Virus record (IMG/VR): IMGVR_UViG_3300009093_000005
Length of the DNA: 64,000 nucleotides
Reading direction: 5' to 3' (one strand)
Origin: a virus
The notes below the pieces were generated by a model. It was not told the origin of the DNA. It did not search any database and saw only the letters and a program-made list of their open reading frames with translations. Made by a program: the position numbers and the translations under genes. How positions within the stretch are numbered: the first letter of the stretch is position 1; each line of letters begins with the position of its first letter. This document shows, in pieces, positions 27,402 through 37,320 of the stretch.

Positions 27402-28664
27402 ATGAGCGCTTCATATACGTATATTCTGAGCACCGGAACCATCTCCATCGACACCACGTCTTTGCTATCGGACGTGGAGAGTGAATGGCAAGCGGCATTC
27501 GGAGCAACGCTTAACACAGACGCATCGACGCCGCAAGGGACGATGATCGCAGCTGAAACGACAGCGCGTGCATCTGTGATGAAGAATAACGCCGATTTGG
27601 CGAATATGCAAAATCCAAATCTCACCTACGGGATATATTTGGATTCGATCTGTTCGCTTCTCGGAATCAGCCGTGGCACGAATAAATCGACTGTCGCCAC
27701 CGGCGTGCAAATCACCGGAAATGGCGGAACAACGATCAACGCAGGCAGCAGGATTCAAACGCCCAATGGCGATATATTCTCGCTGCTAACGGCCGTCACG
27801 ATTCCGAGTGGTGGAACGACGACCGGCACGTTTCAATCGCAAGCGTATGGCTCAATTGCATTTCCTGTCGGATCGATGTCGATATTGGATGGAACGATTG
27901 GCTGGGGCGCCGTCGCTTGCGTCAATACGACCACGGTAACGCCAGGCGCCTCGCAGAATACCGATCCGCAGTTGAAGAATAAGCGGAATCAGCAGCTGGC
28001 CATTCAAGGGACTGCGAGCACAGCGGCAATCTACGCCAACCTCCTGGAAGTCCCAAATGTAACCAGCTGCCAGGTGGTTGAGAACAACACTGGCACCATA
28101 ACGACCGTCAACGGCGTCACATTCACAAAACCCAGCGCGATCTGGGTTTGCGTCGCAGGAACGGCCTCAGCCTCGGCGATCGCAGCAGCGCTGTATGCCG
28201 CGCACAACGGAGGGTGTCCCTGGGACTACGGCGCGACTGGGATGGGCAACCCTGTCAACTCGCCCAACGGAACCATCGTCAACGATCCTATCACTGGCCT
28301 GCCCTACGCCGTGCTGCACACAACGCCGATTCTGCACGATGTGTACATCAATATCAGCGTGCACCAGTCTGCCGCGCAGTCGCCTGGTCAATCGGCAATT
28401 CAAAAGGCCATTTTGGCCTATGCCCAGGGGCAAGAGGAAGGCGAGCCTGGGTTCGTCGTCAGCGCCAGCGTATCGGCTTTCGAGATATCCGGAACCGTCG
28501 CGCGTCAGTATCCTGGCGTGTACGTAAAGACATGCCAAATTGCCGTTGTGGCAGCTGGCGCGCCGGCCCCATCATTCCCGTCCGGATATTCTTATGAGTG
28601 GGTGGCCGGCCAGTTCGATCAAGCTCAACTCCAAATCGGCAACATTACGGTGAACTTAGTATGA
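27402..28664 (+). CDS. Baseplate wedge protein (J-like)
   Basis: L.TDASTPQGTMI, A.LANMQNPN..YG.YLDSIC.LLGI.R. Confidence 0.85.
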   Translation: MSASYTYILSTGTISIDTTSLLSDVESEWQAAFGATLNTDASTPQGTMIAAETTARASVMKNNADLANMQNPNLTYGIYLDSICSLLGISRGTNKSTVATGVQITGNGGTTINAGSRIQTPNGDIFSLLTAVTIPSGGTTTGTFQSQAYGSIAFPVGSMSILDGTIGWGAVACVNTTTVTPGASQNTDPQLKNKRNQQLAIQGTASTAAIYANLLEVPNVTSCQVVENNTGTITTVNGVTFTKPSAIWVCVAGTASASAIAAALYAAHNGGCPWDYGATGMGNPVNSPNGTIVNDPITGLPYAVLHTTPILHDVYINISVHQSAAQSPGQSAIQKAILAYAQGQEEGEPGFVVSASVSAFEISGTVARQYPGVYVKTCQIAVVAAGAPAPSFPSGYSYEWVAGQFDQAQLQIGNITVNLV

Positions 28665-30388
28665 CGATGAAGCCATACAACACCGATTTTACTCGGTCGC
28701 TGAAGTGGATGCACAACAAGGCGCCGAATCTTCAGTCGATCATAAATCAGAAGGCGGCGTGGTACCAAAAGTACCACGCGCAATTTTGGTCTAACTGGGA
28801 AGCAAACGTATTCGATATCCGGACGGCTAACGCATTTGGTCTTCTGGTTTGGTGCATCATCCTGGGACTTCCTCTCGACATATTCGATTTTGAGCCGATA
28901 ACGAACGCATTCGCATTTGGATCACAGCGCGGCAATTATCTCGATTCAGGCGAGCACGTCGCGCCAATCAATTTCGTTAGTGGCCCGAACATATTCAGCG
29001 ATGGCGTTGCGGTTTCGTCCTCTGATTGGACTCTTGACCCGACTACAGATCAAATCACATTTACAACGCCGCCAGCGAACGGTGCTGCGCTCACTTGGAC
29101 CGGCACCGTCCAGAACGAGAAAGGCACGCAACTCGTCATTCAGCAACCGAAGCAGTTTGGGACGGGGAATGGATCGATTGTAACGTTCAATATGACGCCG
29201 TCCGACTCGGCGAACTACAACGAAGTCGGCTTCAACTTCTATGGCGGCGGAGCGGATTCTGTAGCGTCCTTGAACGAGATTCGGCAAGCTTGCCAACTTC
29301 GCTATGTTGCGCTCGTCTCGAATGGAAGGCAGCAATGGATAAACCAGATGCTGCAGTACATCTTCAATCAAGGGAACCCTTGGGATTTCCCTGGGAAGAA
29401 GTACTTCTATTTGACTGACTCGACGCTCTCGCCGCAGCCGGTGACAGGGGCGAAAATTTGGCGGTCCGACTGGGAAGGCAATGAACTGCTTTATACCACG
29501 TCGCGACAGAATATTTGCCCGAATTCTAGCGTCATATCGACTGCCAATAACTGGTCGACGACAAATGCATCGATCGCGAACAGTGCGGGACCGGACGGCG
29601 CGACCAACGGAACTGCACTAATCACGCCATCCAGCGCGGCGGCAGCTTATGTAAGAGATACGGCGTCGCAAAGCGGCTTGTCTCTGAACACCGTATTCTC
29701 CATATCCGCGTTCGTTAAGGCCGGCACAGCAACGCAATCTGCCATCGCGGTGATGGATAGCGGATACGCGACCGCGTTGTGCTCAATCGGAATCACGTGG
29801 GGCGGTGGGGCGCCATCGGTGGCAGGCAGCGGTTCCGGATACGTAGCCGGCTCGGCGTCCGTCGCGGCTGCAGGCGTCGCGGGCTGGTATCGTGTCCAGG
29901 CGTCCTTCAACAACGGCACCAACGTAGCGGTTGGAACCCAAATAACGCCAGATGCGACAAACGGAACTGGCACGCTCAACACCGCCTATCCGCAACTCGA
30001 ACTAGGGCCTGTCGCCACCAGCTATATCCCGACCAGTGGCTCTGCCGCAACGGTGGCAACCGACTACACGTTAAATACGTCCACCGGCGCCGTCACGATG
30101 ACTTCTGCGCCAGCGACTGGAGCAACATTGACTTGGACAGGAACGTGGAATTGGGTCACTTGGACGACGCCGAGCCAGTTCGGCACAGGCGATGGATCGA
30201 GCGTCAACTTCACATTGACGCCGCCTCCAGGGTCCGCTGCGCCGATCTCGCGAAGCTATTATATGGAGTATCGGATTGGCGCCAATCTTAAATTATCGTC
30301 ACAGTTTTTAACATTGCTGAATAACCCGGCATACGGCATCATGCCGACTTGCGCCGGAATTGGATATGCAGTAGTTCAGGAGTCATAA
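28661..30388 (+). CDS. Baseplate wedge (DUF2612-type) with inserted duplicated and lectin-like domains
   Basis: W.HN.APNLQS...K..WY, D..TAN.FGL.VW..ILG; two copies of D.TL..TT..IT.T..PA.GA.LTWTG...QFGTG.GS; insert ending GWYRV...QLELGPVATSYIPT. Confidence 0.75.
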   Translation: MTMKPYNTDFTRSLKWMHNKAPNLQSIINQKAAWYQKYHAQFWSNWEANVFDIRTANAFGLLVWCIILGLPLDIFDFEPITNAFAFGSQRGNYLDSGEHVAPINFVSGPNIFSDGVAVSSSDWTLDPTTDQITFTTPPANGAALTWTGTVQNEKGTQLVIQQPKQFGTGNGSIVTFNMTPSDSANYNEVGFNFYGGGADSVASLNEIRQACQLRYVALVSNGRQQWINQMLQYIFNQGNPWDFPGKKYFYLTDSTLSPQPVTGAKIWRSDWEGNELLYTTSRQNICPNSSVISTANNWSTTNASIANSAGPDGATNGTALITPSSAAAAYVRDTASQSGLSLNTVFSISAFVKAGTATQSAIAVMDSGYATALCSIGITWGGGAPSVAGSGSGYVAGSASVAAAGVAGWYRVQASFNNGTNVAVGTQITPDATNGTGTLNTAYPQLELGPVATSYIPTSGSAATVATDYTLNTSTGAVTMTSAPATGATLTWTGTWNWVTWTTPSQFGTGDGSSVNFTLTPPPGSAAPISRSYYMEYRIGANLKLSSQFLTLLNNPAYGIMPTCAGIGYAVVQES

Positions 30389-31738
30389 ATGGCCAACCAA
30401 ACGCCACCGCTCATTACAATTCCTTTCGCGTCGCAAGGCGACCAATCTGTCATTCCGAGCACCGATCCGAATGGATTTGTGAATTACACAACAGGCTATA
30501 CGCCTGATTACGAGATCAACCTTGCGGCCGGCGATCCTGCGGCAAAGGCGGTGGAGCGCGGGATTCAGAACTACCTGTTCTGGGCGCTCACGACAGGCAT
30601 GCAGTCTTGGCAAACTGCTGCGCGTCCGCCTTGGTATAGCGCAATGCCTGGTGGATACGCGAAGTACGCCGAAGTGGTCGTGCCGGACTCCGGCGGAAAC
30701 CCTGTGCCGTATCGGTCGAAGATATCTGGCAACGTTTCGGCTCCTGGTCCGAGCGCGACCAACTGGGAATACATCGAAAGCACGAGCGAGATGATCGCTA
30801 ACGTTCCGATGCCGTCCGGTGGCCCGTCCGGTCCTGGATCGATGCTGGTGAGTTCGTCAACCGACTTCAATACATTCACCAACGCAGGGTCGTTCAACTT
30901 CTCGACTGACGCTGTTGTTCTGGGTTCGCCCCACACGCCATCCAACGGAGGGCAGCAAGCCGGCGCCGGCCTCCTGGAGGTCATGACTTGGAGCGATGGC
31001 GGATCGAACACGTTCATATCGCAGTTCTTCAGAGACAGGAACGGCCTCGGATTTATGCGCGGCGCGACGAACGGAAGTTGGACGGCGTGGAAAATATGGG
31101 CCAACGCGCACCAGTTCGTCGTTGGCGAAGTCCGTATGTGGAGCGGAACCGCCACAGAGGCGGCAGTGCAGGCCGCATGGGGTCCGGGCTGGCACCTTTG
31201 CAATGGCTTGAACGGCACACCAAACCTGCAGGACAAGTTCATTGTTGGAGCGGGCAATACGTATGCACTCGGCGCGACGGGCGGATCAACAACTGCTTCC
31301 CTGGTGACCGCAAACCTGCCGGCGCACAACCACTCTGTGACGATCACCGATCCTGGTCACGTACACGGAACGACGCAATCGGCGCACGCACACGGCATCT
31401 CTGACGCAGGGCATGCGCACGGAGTGTATGATCCTGGTCACGTGCACTCGCTGACGGTTCCAACGGCCCTTAACCAGGGAACCGAGCCGACCAATGGCGC
31501 TGAGTGGACATTCGCGAACGCTGGGACGGCATCTGTCAATGTCAACGTGGCAGGAACCGGCATCGGCATCTACGCGAATGGAACAGGAATTGCAATTCTA
31601 GGCGCTACAATTCCGATCTCGGTCAACAGCGCGGCGACCGGCATCACGGCGACGACTGCGAACACAGGCAGCGGAAGCTCGTTCGGAATCTTGCCGCCAT
31701 ACTATGCGTTGTGCTATGTGATGTATACTGGCGCATAA
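30389..31738 (+). CDS. Tail fibre with tail-collar and HxH metal-binding tip
   Basis: IPFASQGD..IP N-terminus; VGEVRMWSG, GWHLCNG..GTPNLQDKFIVGAG; five HxH motifs; ILPPYYALCYVM end. Confidence 0.85.
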   Translation: MANQTPPLITIPFASQGDQSVIPSTDPNGFVNYTTGYTPDYEINLAAGDPAAKAVERGIQNYLFWALTTGMQSWQTAARPPWYSAMPGGYAKYAEVVVPDSGGNPVPYRSKISGNVSAPGPSATNWEYIESTSEMIANVPMPSGGPSGPGSMLVSSSTDFNTFTNAGSFNFSTDAVVLGSPHTPSNGGQQAGAGLLEVMTWSDGGSNTFISQFFRDRNGLGFMRGATNGSWTAWKIWANAHQFVVGEVRMWSGTATEAAVQAAWGPGWHLCNGLNGTPNLQDKFIVGAGNTYALGATGGSTTASLVTANLPAHNHSVTITDPGHVHGTTQSAHAHGISDAGHAHGVYDPGHVHSLTVPTALNQGTEPTNGAEWTFANAGTASVNVNVAGTGIGIYANGTGIAILGATIPISVNSAATGITATTANTGSGSSFGILPPYYALCYVMYTGA

Positions 31739-31755
31739 ACAAGAAGGAGAGTTGA

Positions 31756-32532
31756 ATGAAATTGACTGCCGAAATTTTGATGAAAGGAACCGGCTGCACG
31801 GCGGATGTGGCCGGAATTTGGCTGGCGCCGATGCAAGCCGCGTGCGACAAGTTCGGCATCACGACTGCTAAGAGTGTCGCAGCATTTTTGGCCAACGTCG
31901 GCGTGGAGTCGAATGGTCTGACCAATCTCGTTGAGAATGTGAATTACAGCGCATCGCGGTTGGCCGTTGTTTGGCCGCATCGATATGCGTTGAATGCTTT
32001 TTCGGTCAACAAAGTTCCGAATGAGACAGCGCTGAGAATTGGCGGCAATCCGGTCCTGGTCGCATCGAACGTCTATGCAGACCGCCTCGGAAACGGCCCG
32101 GAATACACGCAAGACGGCTACAAGTATCGTGGGCAAGGCCCGATTCAGCTGACGGGGAAGGCGAAGATTCAGACATTCTTCACGGCGAGCGGACTGTCTG
32201 CAGACTCCGATCCTTCGCAGCTTCAGAAGCCTGAGTTGGGCGCCATGTCTGCCGCGTGGTTTTTCGCGAATTCTGGGGCGCTCGATTTCGCCGACCAAGG
32301 CAATTTCGATATGACGGTTTGCCGCGTCAACGGCCAGGCGCCTTGCCCTGCGAACCAGGGAGATCGGCGGCGCGCCCTGTACAACTCTGCCCTGCCTCTT
32401 TGCACGGCGGCTGAGACGCCTTTGAAGCCGGCGCCGGTTGCTCCTGCAAAAACGACTGCATCGAAGGCGTCTCAGCCTGCGGCGAGCAATACGAAAGCAG
32501 CCACGTCAGACCAGCAAACAACGAAGCCCTGA
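31756..32532 (+). CDS. Endolysin, glycoside hydrolase family 19
   Basis: A.FLAN.GVES.GL..L.EN.NYS, DGYKYRGQGPIQLTGK, MSAAWFF, VNG; Ala/Pro/Thr/Lys-rich C-terminal tail. Confidence 0.85.
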   Translation: MKLTAEILMKGTGCTADVAGIWLAPMQAACDKFGITTAKSVAAFLANVGVESNGLTNLVENVNYSASRLAVVWPHRYALNAFSVNKVPNETALRIGGNPVLVASNVYADRLGNGPEYTQDGYKYRGQGPIQLTGKAKIQTFFTASGLSADSDPSQLQKPELGAMSAAWFFANSGALDFADQGNFDMTVCRVNGQAPCPANQGDRRRALYNSALPLCTAAETPLKPAPVAPAKTTASKASQPAASNTKAATSDQQTTKP

Positions 32533-32587
32533 CGAAACGGTCTTTAACGTTTCTGCCGATAATTTTAATTGCGAAGTCGGCCAAAGC

Positions 32588-32626
32588 GCCCGCCAATTCA
32601 GGATCGAATTTGGCGGGCTTTTCTTT
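32588..32626 (+). terminator. Intrinsic terminator of the late operon
   Basis: gcccgccaa / ttggcgggc stem followed by ttttcttt. Confidence 0.85.
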
Positions 32627-32761
32627 GCGTGATCGAACAGGCTTAAACCGTCCTAGACAGGGCTTTTGCTCCAAAATCCCACCTTTTCGTACACATTAAT
32701 ACACCCGATCGAAAAGCGCCTTGTACTACGCTCCACGACCGGGACTGAGTGCCACCTGTAT

Positions 32762-33676
32762 TTACAGGTCTTCTTCGCCGCGAATCGCCTCAAATACTCC
32801 ATGGCGCGGCACGTCCACAACACCATGCGGAAAGTACTTGAAGCGGGCCAGCTTCTGGCCATACATGGAGTTGAAATTCAGGTAAGCCTCCCGTCGCTCT
32901 TCGTGCGAGAGTGAAGTGGCACTTATATTGAATGGCTTCGGCCACTTGCTAGATTCTACGATGAACGCAGCGATCATTCCTGTGCTGCGAAGCATGTCTT
33001 TATCTTGGGCCTTCTTCGACCGTCCGAGTTCATCGATGAAAGATTCATTCAAATTTTCCATCTGCTCAACATAGCCGGTAATCACAGCCTCTTCAGTGAT
33101 GAATCGCTTAACCTTGAGCAGGTAATTCTCTGCCAGCGTCGATCGGCCGAACTTATACGGCCCTTCTGGGGACCGGAGCATGACGCCTTCGAATCCGGAC
33201 GCGATGGCGGAACGCTCGAACTCCAGAAGGTCTTCGAGCGTAAGGACCATTTGCTGAAACAAGGATTCGATTCGGTTCGAGTCTGGGAGAATCTTGTGCC
33301 CTTTTGCTTGCTCCACGCGACGACAAGCATCCTGCGATCGGTTGACAAATGTGTCAGATGGGCGCGTCCGATCATCGAAGATGTACCACCGGACATCTGG
33401 CTCTCCATTAACTCGACGGACTGGACCGGAAGTATTCCAAAATGCACGCTTATCGTTGTACCCTCCAACGATCAATTCGCCATCTAGGCCGTTGAATTCT
33501 GGACGGCCGAAAAGATATTGCGTGTATTCATTGGATACAGGCTTGCCGCTGCTGGTGAGAAGAACGCCGTCCTCGACAAACGCCCGATACCCGTCCAACT
33601 TGACGCTGGCGAAGTAAGGGAACACCAATTTTTCTTGCACAAAATCTTCTGCCTTCATCGGCTTACGAATTGCCAT
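32762..33676 (-). CDS. ATP-dependent DNA ligase
   Basis: SVKLDGYR (motif I), LDGEL, EGVMLR, LLKVKRF. Confidence 0.9.
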   Translation of the reverse strand: MAIRKPMKAEDFVQEKLVFPYFASVKLDGYRAFVEDGVLLTSSGKPVSNEYTQYLFGRPEFNGLDGELIVGGYNDKRAFWNTSGPVRRVNGEPDVRWYIFDDRTRPSDTFVNRSQDACRRVEQAKGHKILPDSNRIESLFQQMVLTLEDLLEFERSAIASGFEGVMLRSPEGPYKFGRSTLAENYLLKVKRFITEEAVITGYVEQMENLNESFIDELGRSKKAQDKDMLRSTGMIAAFIVESSKWPKPFNISATSLSHEERREAYLNFNSMYGQKLARFKYFPHGVVDVPRHGVFEAIRGEEDL

Positions 33677-33738
33677 GTCTACCTCAGATGTGAATAAGGG
33701 GCCTTTAAGCCCCTGTAGGATAACTCAGCGTGATGTGC

Positions 33739-34455
33739 TTATTGGACCAAATCGGCCTCAAGATTCACATTTGCCAACACAATGTTGGACCAGTTCTCCA
33801 TCGATCCTTCGCCCCTGCTCGCGGCGAGATGGACATCAACGAGGCCAACTGTGGAAAGTTCCTCCTCCAGCGTATAGGGCTCGAATCCGGCCGGAATCTC
33901 CATGGCGAAGACGAATCCATAGTGCACCCTTCCAACCTCATTGGACCGATCATTGATCAACCCTTTGAATTTAGGAAATGGTGATACTTCGCCGCGCACG
34001 TGGTGAATCGTCTTTCTGAGATCATCAAATGTGCCAGTTTTCTCTGCATCCGTGGACAGCCTAAAGCCAATCTCTTCATTCATCTCACGAGACAGCGCAG
34101 CAGCAAGAGTTGCCACAACGTCGATAACAGAGCCGTCCGTCAGCGAAACGTCAGCCAAGTCGATATGGCCGCCGATTCCTACCGAAAGGGCGCCTGCTAA
34201 GCGCTCCTCTCCGACCGTCTTCATGCGCTGATAGACGAACACCTTTGGGCCTATCGGCGTTCGCTGCCAAAGGACGACGTATGGAAGAATTTGACCGAAT
34301 CGTTCATCAGCCTCCAACTCGTGGCGGCGACCGATGAACAGCGATTTGCCGATTGCCTCGAACATATCCTTTGAATTCATGTCGATCCAACCAGTCAACG
34401 GCTCGATGCCAAACGCCGCTTTGTCGACGGCGAGGATGTGCTGGCGATGTTTCAT
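33739..34455 (-). CDS. NUDIX-fold phosphoesterase (COG4112-like)
   Basis: E.D..F.QILPYVV, GEERL.G..SVGIGGHID, REMNEEIG, GLIND.SNEVG.VH.G. Confidence 0.8.
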   Translation of the reverse strand: MKHRQHILAVDKAAFGIEPLTGWIDMNSKDMFEAIGKSLFIGRRHELEADERFGQILPYVVLWQRTPIGPKVFVYQRMKTVGEERLAGALSVGIGGHIDLADVSLTDGSVIDVVATLAAALSREMNEEIGFRLSTDAEKTGTFDDLRKTIHHVRGEVSPFPKFKGLINDRSNEVGRVHYGFVFAMEIPAGFEPYTLEEELSTVGLVDVHLAASRGEGSMENWSNIVLANVNLEADLVQ

Positions 34456-35051
34456 TGAGCACCGCCCGTCGTGACTGCACCAGGGGAAACGGCAAAATTG
34501 GCAATCGTCTTCGCCGTCTCGCTCGCATCCTTCGTCGCGCCGAAGTAGAACGCCAGCGCGGCTTGAAGCTCCTTGAACCAGTAGCCAATGAGCATGCCGA
34601 TCATGCCGGTGGCGGTCGGGTCTTTGATCACATCACGTGTGCCAGGAAGGAACATTAGCACGAGGATGGCGATTGCGCCTGCAGTAAGCAAAAAAACGAT
34701 GGACGGACGAATCCACCAATCTGGCGCATTTTGCATCGCGCGAGCGCTCTTCCGGTCGTCAACTTCGGCCTGGAATGTGGCCAAATCGCTGGCCATCTGT
34801 GCCTGGGCAGCTTGCGCCTGGAGTCGCTGAAGCTCGACCTTCGCATTCAACTGCGCCTCGGCCAGCTTTTCCGCAGCGGCCGGATCGGTTGCGATCGCGT
34901 TGTTGATCGCCTCCGGAGTGTTATCGCACCCCAGCGCGGCCGATACGATCGCACCTACAGCCGCGCCTGCCGGACCGCCCAAAAGCGTGCCCAAGATTGG
35001 CGCTGCTTTGCCTACAACGTCCTTAATGGACGACCAATTCAAACCGCTCAT
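34452..35051 (-). CDS. Holin (3TM GTA-holin-like family)
   Basis: AP.LGT.LGGP.G, DRKSAR, two C-terminal TM segments, FYFG. Confidence 0.7.
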   Translation of the reverse strand: MSGLNWSSIKDVVGKAAPILGTLLGGPAGAAVGAIVSAALGCDNTPEAINNAIATDPAAAEKLAEAQLNAKVELQRLQAQAAQAQMASDLATFQAEVDDRKSARAMQNAPDWWIRPSIVFLLTAGAIAILVLMFLPGTRDVIKDPTATGMIGMLIGYWFKELQAALAFYFGATKDASETAKTIANFAVSPGAVTTGGAQ

Positions 35052-35068
35052 GGTTCATTCTCCAAATT

Positions 35069-35097
35069 GAAAGGGCCATCACTCGGACGGCCCTTTC
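35069..35097 (-). terminator. Terminator-like hairpin upstream of holin
   Basis: gaaagggcc / ggccctttc 9-bp stem; U-containing runs on both sides. Confidence 0.55.
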
Positions 35098-35130
35098 TTG
35101 TTCACTCAACGGGCGATTCCTCGCCGCCGA

Positions 35131-35388
35131 TCAGTTTGCTTTGTCGTTTTCCGTGCGAGGGCCGGTGGCCGGACCATCCGAGTCTTCTTTCGGAGCGGCG
35201 TTTGCATCGGCAGTCGGCTCCGTGCTGCTCGGCGCTGCGCCAGACTGGTCTTCGCCGAAGACCGCGTCAACGACTTCCTTCGCCGCTTCTTCTACTTCAT
35301 AGATTACGTGATTCACGGCCTCTTCGGCCCGCTGGATGATGCCCATGTCGCTATCACTCCTGTGGACAGCTTTGTTGAAATGGCCCAT
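35131..35388 (-). CDS. Small acidic hypothetical protein
   Basis: 85 aa, Glu/Asp/Ala-rich, GGAA RBS. Confidence 0.6.
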   Translation of the reverse strand: MGHFNKAVHRSDSDMGIIQRAEEAVNHVIYEVEEAAKEVVDAVFGEDQSGAAPSSTEPTADANAAPKEDSDGPATGPRTENDKAN

Positions 35389-35417
35389 TGCTGGGCCGGC
35401 GGAATGCCCGAAGGCCG

Positions 35418-36287
35418 TTAGAAGCCTTCTGCTTGCTGCGGTGCCGACGACACATCCCCTGCGGCCGCGTCGCCGCCTGCCTTGGAGTAGTCCGCCTTCA
35501 CTTCGCCCGCGTTGATGGCGCGGTAGAACTCCTTTGCCTCGGTGAACAGCGCCGCGTCCGTCACCAACCCGTCCAATTCAAACTTGGCCACCGACCAGCT
35601 GCCTTTCTCGTTGGACTGACCGACCGTGGAGAACTTCACCAAGTTGGCGAACGTCGGCGGCGTACGCTTCACACCGCCATGATCCACCTTCTTGTTCTGG
35701 AGCGCCGTCATCAACATCTTGCTGGACTTGATCTGCGTCGATGCCAGCGAGATGATACAAGGCATCGTGTCGCCCGTGTCCGGATCAATCACGATGACGT
35801 AGTGCGAGCGGGTGTCGGAATAGTAGTCCGACTTCTTCGGGTTGACTTCACCCTTCTCATCCTTCACCAGCAGCTTGCCATCGACGTTCTCGACTTCGCC
35901 GCGCGCCTCGATCGCGTCCATCTCTTCTGGCGTCACTTCGCCCTTGAATCCGCCGTCGCCATCACGCGCGCCCCAGAGAATGAAGCTGCGCTTGTAAGCA
36001 CAAGGAACGAACAGGAGCGGCTTTTCGCGAACATCGTACAACTGCTGCGTTACGGTGTTGAAGAGCATACCCGACTTCGCGCCTTCCAGACGCTTCGGCG
36101 AGTCCTCATCGACCAGCGGCGACATCTTCTGGAGGATTTGGATGAACGGAATCGCATACGAATCCTTGTCCGCGCCTTCGAAGCCTCCGCCGAAGTCCTC
36201 TGCGCCGAGGAATTCCGGCGCGAGTGTCAGAGCGCCTTTCTTCACTTCAGCCACTTCGGTTCCTGTCTTGCCTGCTGCCTTGCTCAT
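35418..36287 (-). CDS. Probable single-stranded DNA-binding protein
   Basis: GFEGAD.D..AIPF..ILQ.MSP motif, acidic/aromatic C-terminus (..AEGF), highly expressed codon bias. Confidence 0.6.
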   Translation of the reverse strand: MSKAAGKTGTEVAEVKKGALTLAPEFLGAEDFGGGFEGADKDSYAIPFIQILQKMSPLVDEDSPKRLEGAKSGMLFNTVTQQLYDVREKPLLFVPCAYKRSFILWGARDGDGGFKGEVTPEEMDAIEARGEVENVDGKLLVKDEKGEVNPKKSDYYSDTRSHYVIVIDPDTGDTMPCIISLASTQIKSSKMLMTALQNKKVDHGGVKRTPPTFANLVKFSTVGQSNEKGSWSVAKFELDGLVTDAALFTEAKEFYRAINAGEVKADYSKAGGDAAAGDVSSAPQQAEGF

Positions 36288-36341
36288 GGTTTCTATTCCT
36301 TTCTGGAAAGATGGTTGTACTGCGGTGGGTTGAATACTGCC

Positions 36342-36923
36342 TTACTTACGTGACTTCGGCAAAACGATCTTTGTCTGTTTGAACTCATAGACTCCGAACA
36401 CGTCGATTGGGATGTTATCCCCTGCCTCGATACGCTCCTTAACGAATGACTTGAGGGTGGCAGGGTGGACGGAGTCGCCGATTTGAGCATTGAACCCTGC
36501 GGCCGAAAGCACGTCCACGGCCTCTTTGGCTTGTTGCTCTTCGCCCTTTCCGAACGCCAGTGACACAGCGGTCTTTATGATGCCGCCATAGTCGTTTTCG
36601 CGCAACCAGGCGAACCCGGCCGGCTTTCGATCCTCGGACAGGCCGCACTTGATATCGGTCTTAACCAGCACCTTCGATCCATCGCTGAGCTTGAATTCCT
36701 CCATGCCCAGTCTGTCCATGACATCCGGAATGATCACGCCAGAAATCTTGTTGAGTCGGCCGTTGCGCTCGGCAAGCTCTCGCTCGATGTCCGCAATTTC
36801 CTTTTCCAGCGATTTCATCTCATTCGCGTATTTCACGAGAGATTCGAGCGTTGCTTCGGTTTGCTCAGGCGTTTCATTCGGCACATCGAAATAATCGATT
36901 GCCGCTGCATTCACTTCGCTCAC
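36342..36923 (-). CDS. Conserved phage replication-module protein
   Basis: IPD.MD.LG..EF.L.DGSKV, F.WLREN..GGIIK, VHPATLKSFVKE. Confidence 0.75.
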   Translation of the reverse strand: MSEVNAAAIDYFDVPNETPEQTEATLESLVKYANEMKSLEKEIADIERELAERNGRLNKISGVIIPDVMDRLGMEEFKLSDGSKVLVKTDIKCGLSEDRKPAGFAWLRENDYGGIIKTAVSLAFGKGEEQQAKEAVDVLSAAGFNAQIGDSVHPATLKSFVKERIEAGDNIPIDVFGVYEFKQTKIVLPKSRK

Positions 36924-37258
36924 AACTTAACCTCCAATGTAATGTAACGCGTCAGTTTCTTGTCCCACTTCAGCATTTTCATGGACGACTGCCGACGCAA
37001 AATGATCCCAGCGCAAACGGCCATCACAGACGGATCGCCTGCGGCAAGGAAGTAGTCGTCTGGGCCGAAATCGGTGAGCGATGCATCGATCTTCGGCATG
37101 TGCATCGTCAAAAACATCGGGTCGTCTTCGGGCGCCAGGATCGGAGTGAGTTGACCGAACGCAGCAGCCTCCGTGAAGTCGAACACTGGGACGCGACGCC
37201 CCATGGACTGATCGAAGCGCTCGACCAGCTGGGGAATGAATACGCGCGGCGTGCTCAT
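36920..37258 (-). CDS. Conserved hypothetical protein
   Basis: 112 aa; DF..A..FG, DYFL..GDP, LKWDK. Confidence 0.75.
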   Translation of the reverse strand: MSTPRVFIPQLVERFDQSMGRRVPVFDFTEAAAFGQLTPILAPEDDPMFLTMHMPKIDASLTDFGPDDYFLAAGDPSVMAVCAGIILRRQSSMKMLKWDKKLTRYITLEVKL

Positions 37259-37292
37259 AATCTTTCTGTGCCTTTCTGTTAAGAGTGCGATT

Positions 37293-37320
37293 ATTATCGC
37301 CGCTCCCGGTGGAGGATCAA
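37293..37320 (-). promoter_or_regulatory. Sigma70-like promoter TTGATC-N16-GATAAT
   Basis: -35 37315-37320, -10 37293-37298, upstream of the SSB-like gene group. Confidence 0.45.

Noticed and set aside
32560-32914. Short ORFs in the convergent gap between endolysin and ligase
   Set aside because: Overlap the terminator or ligase, lack RBS and have no motifs
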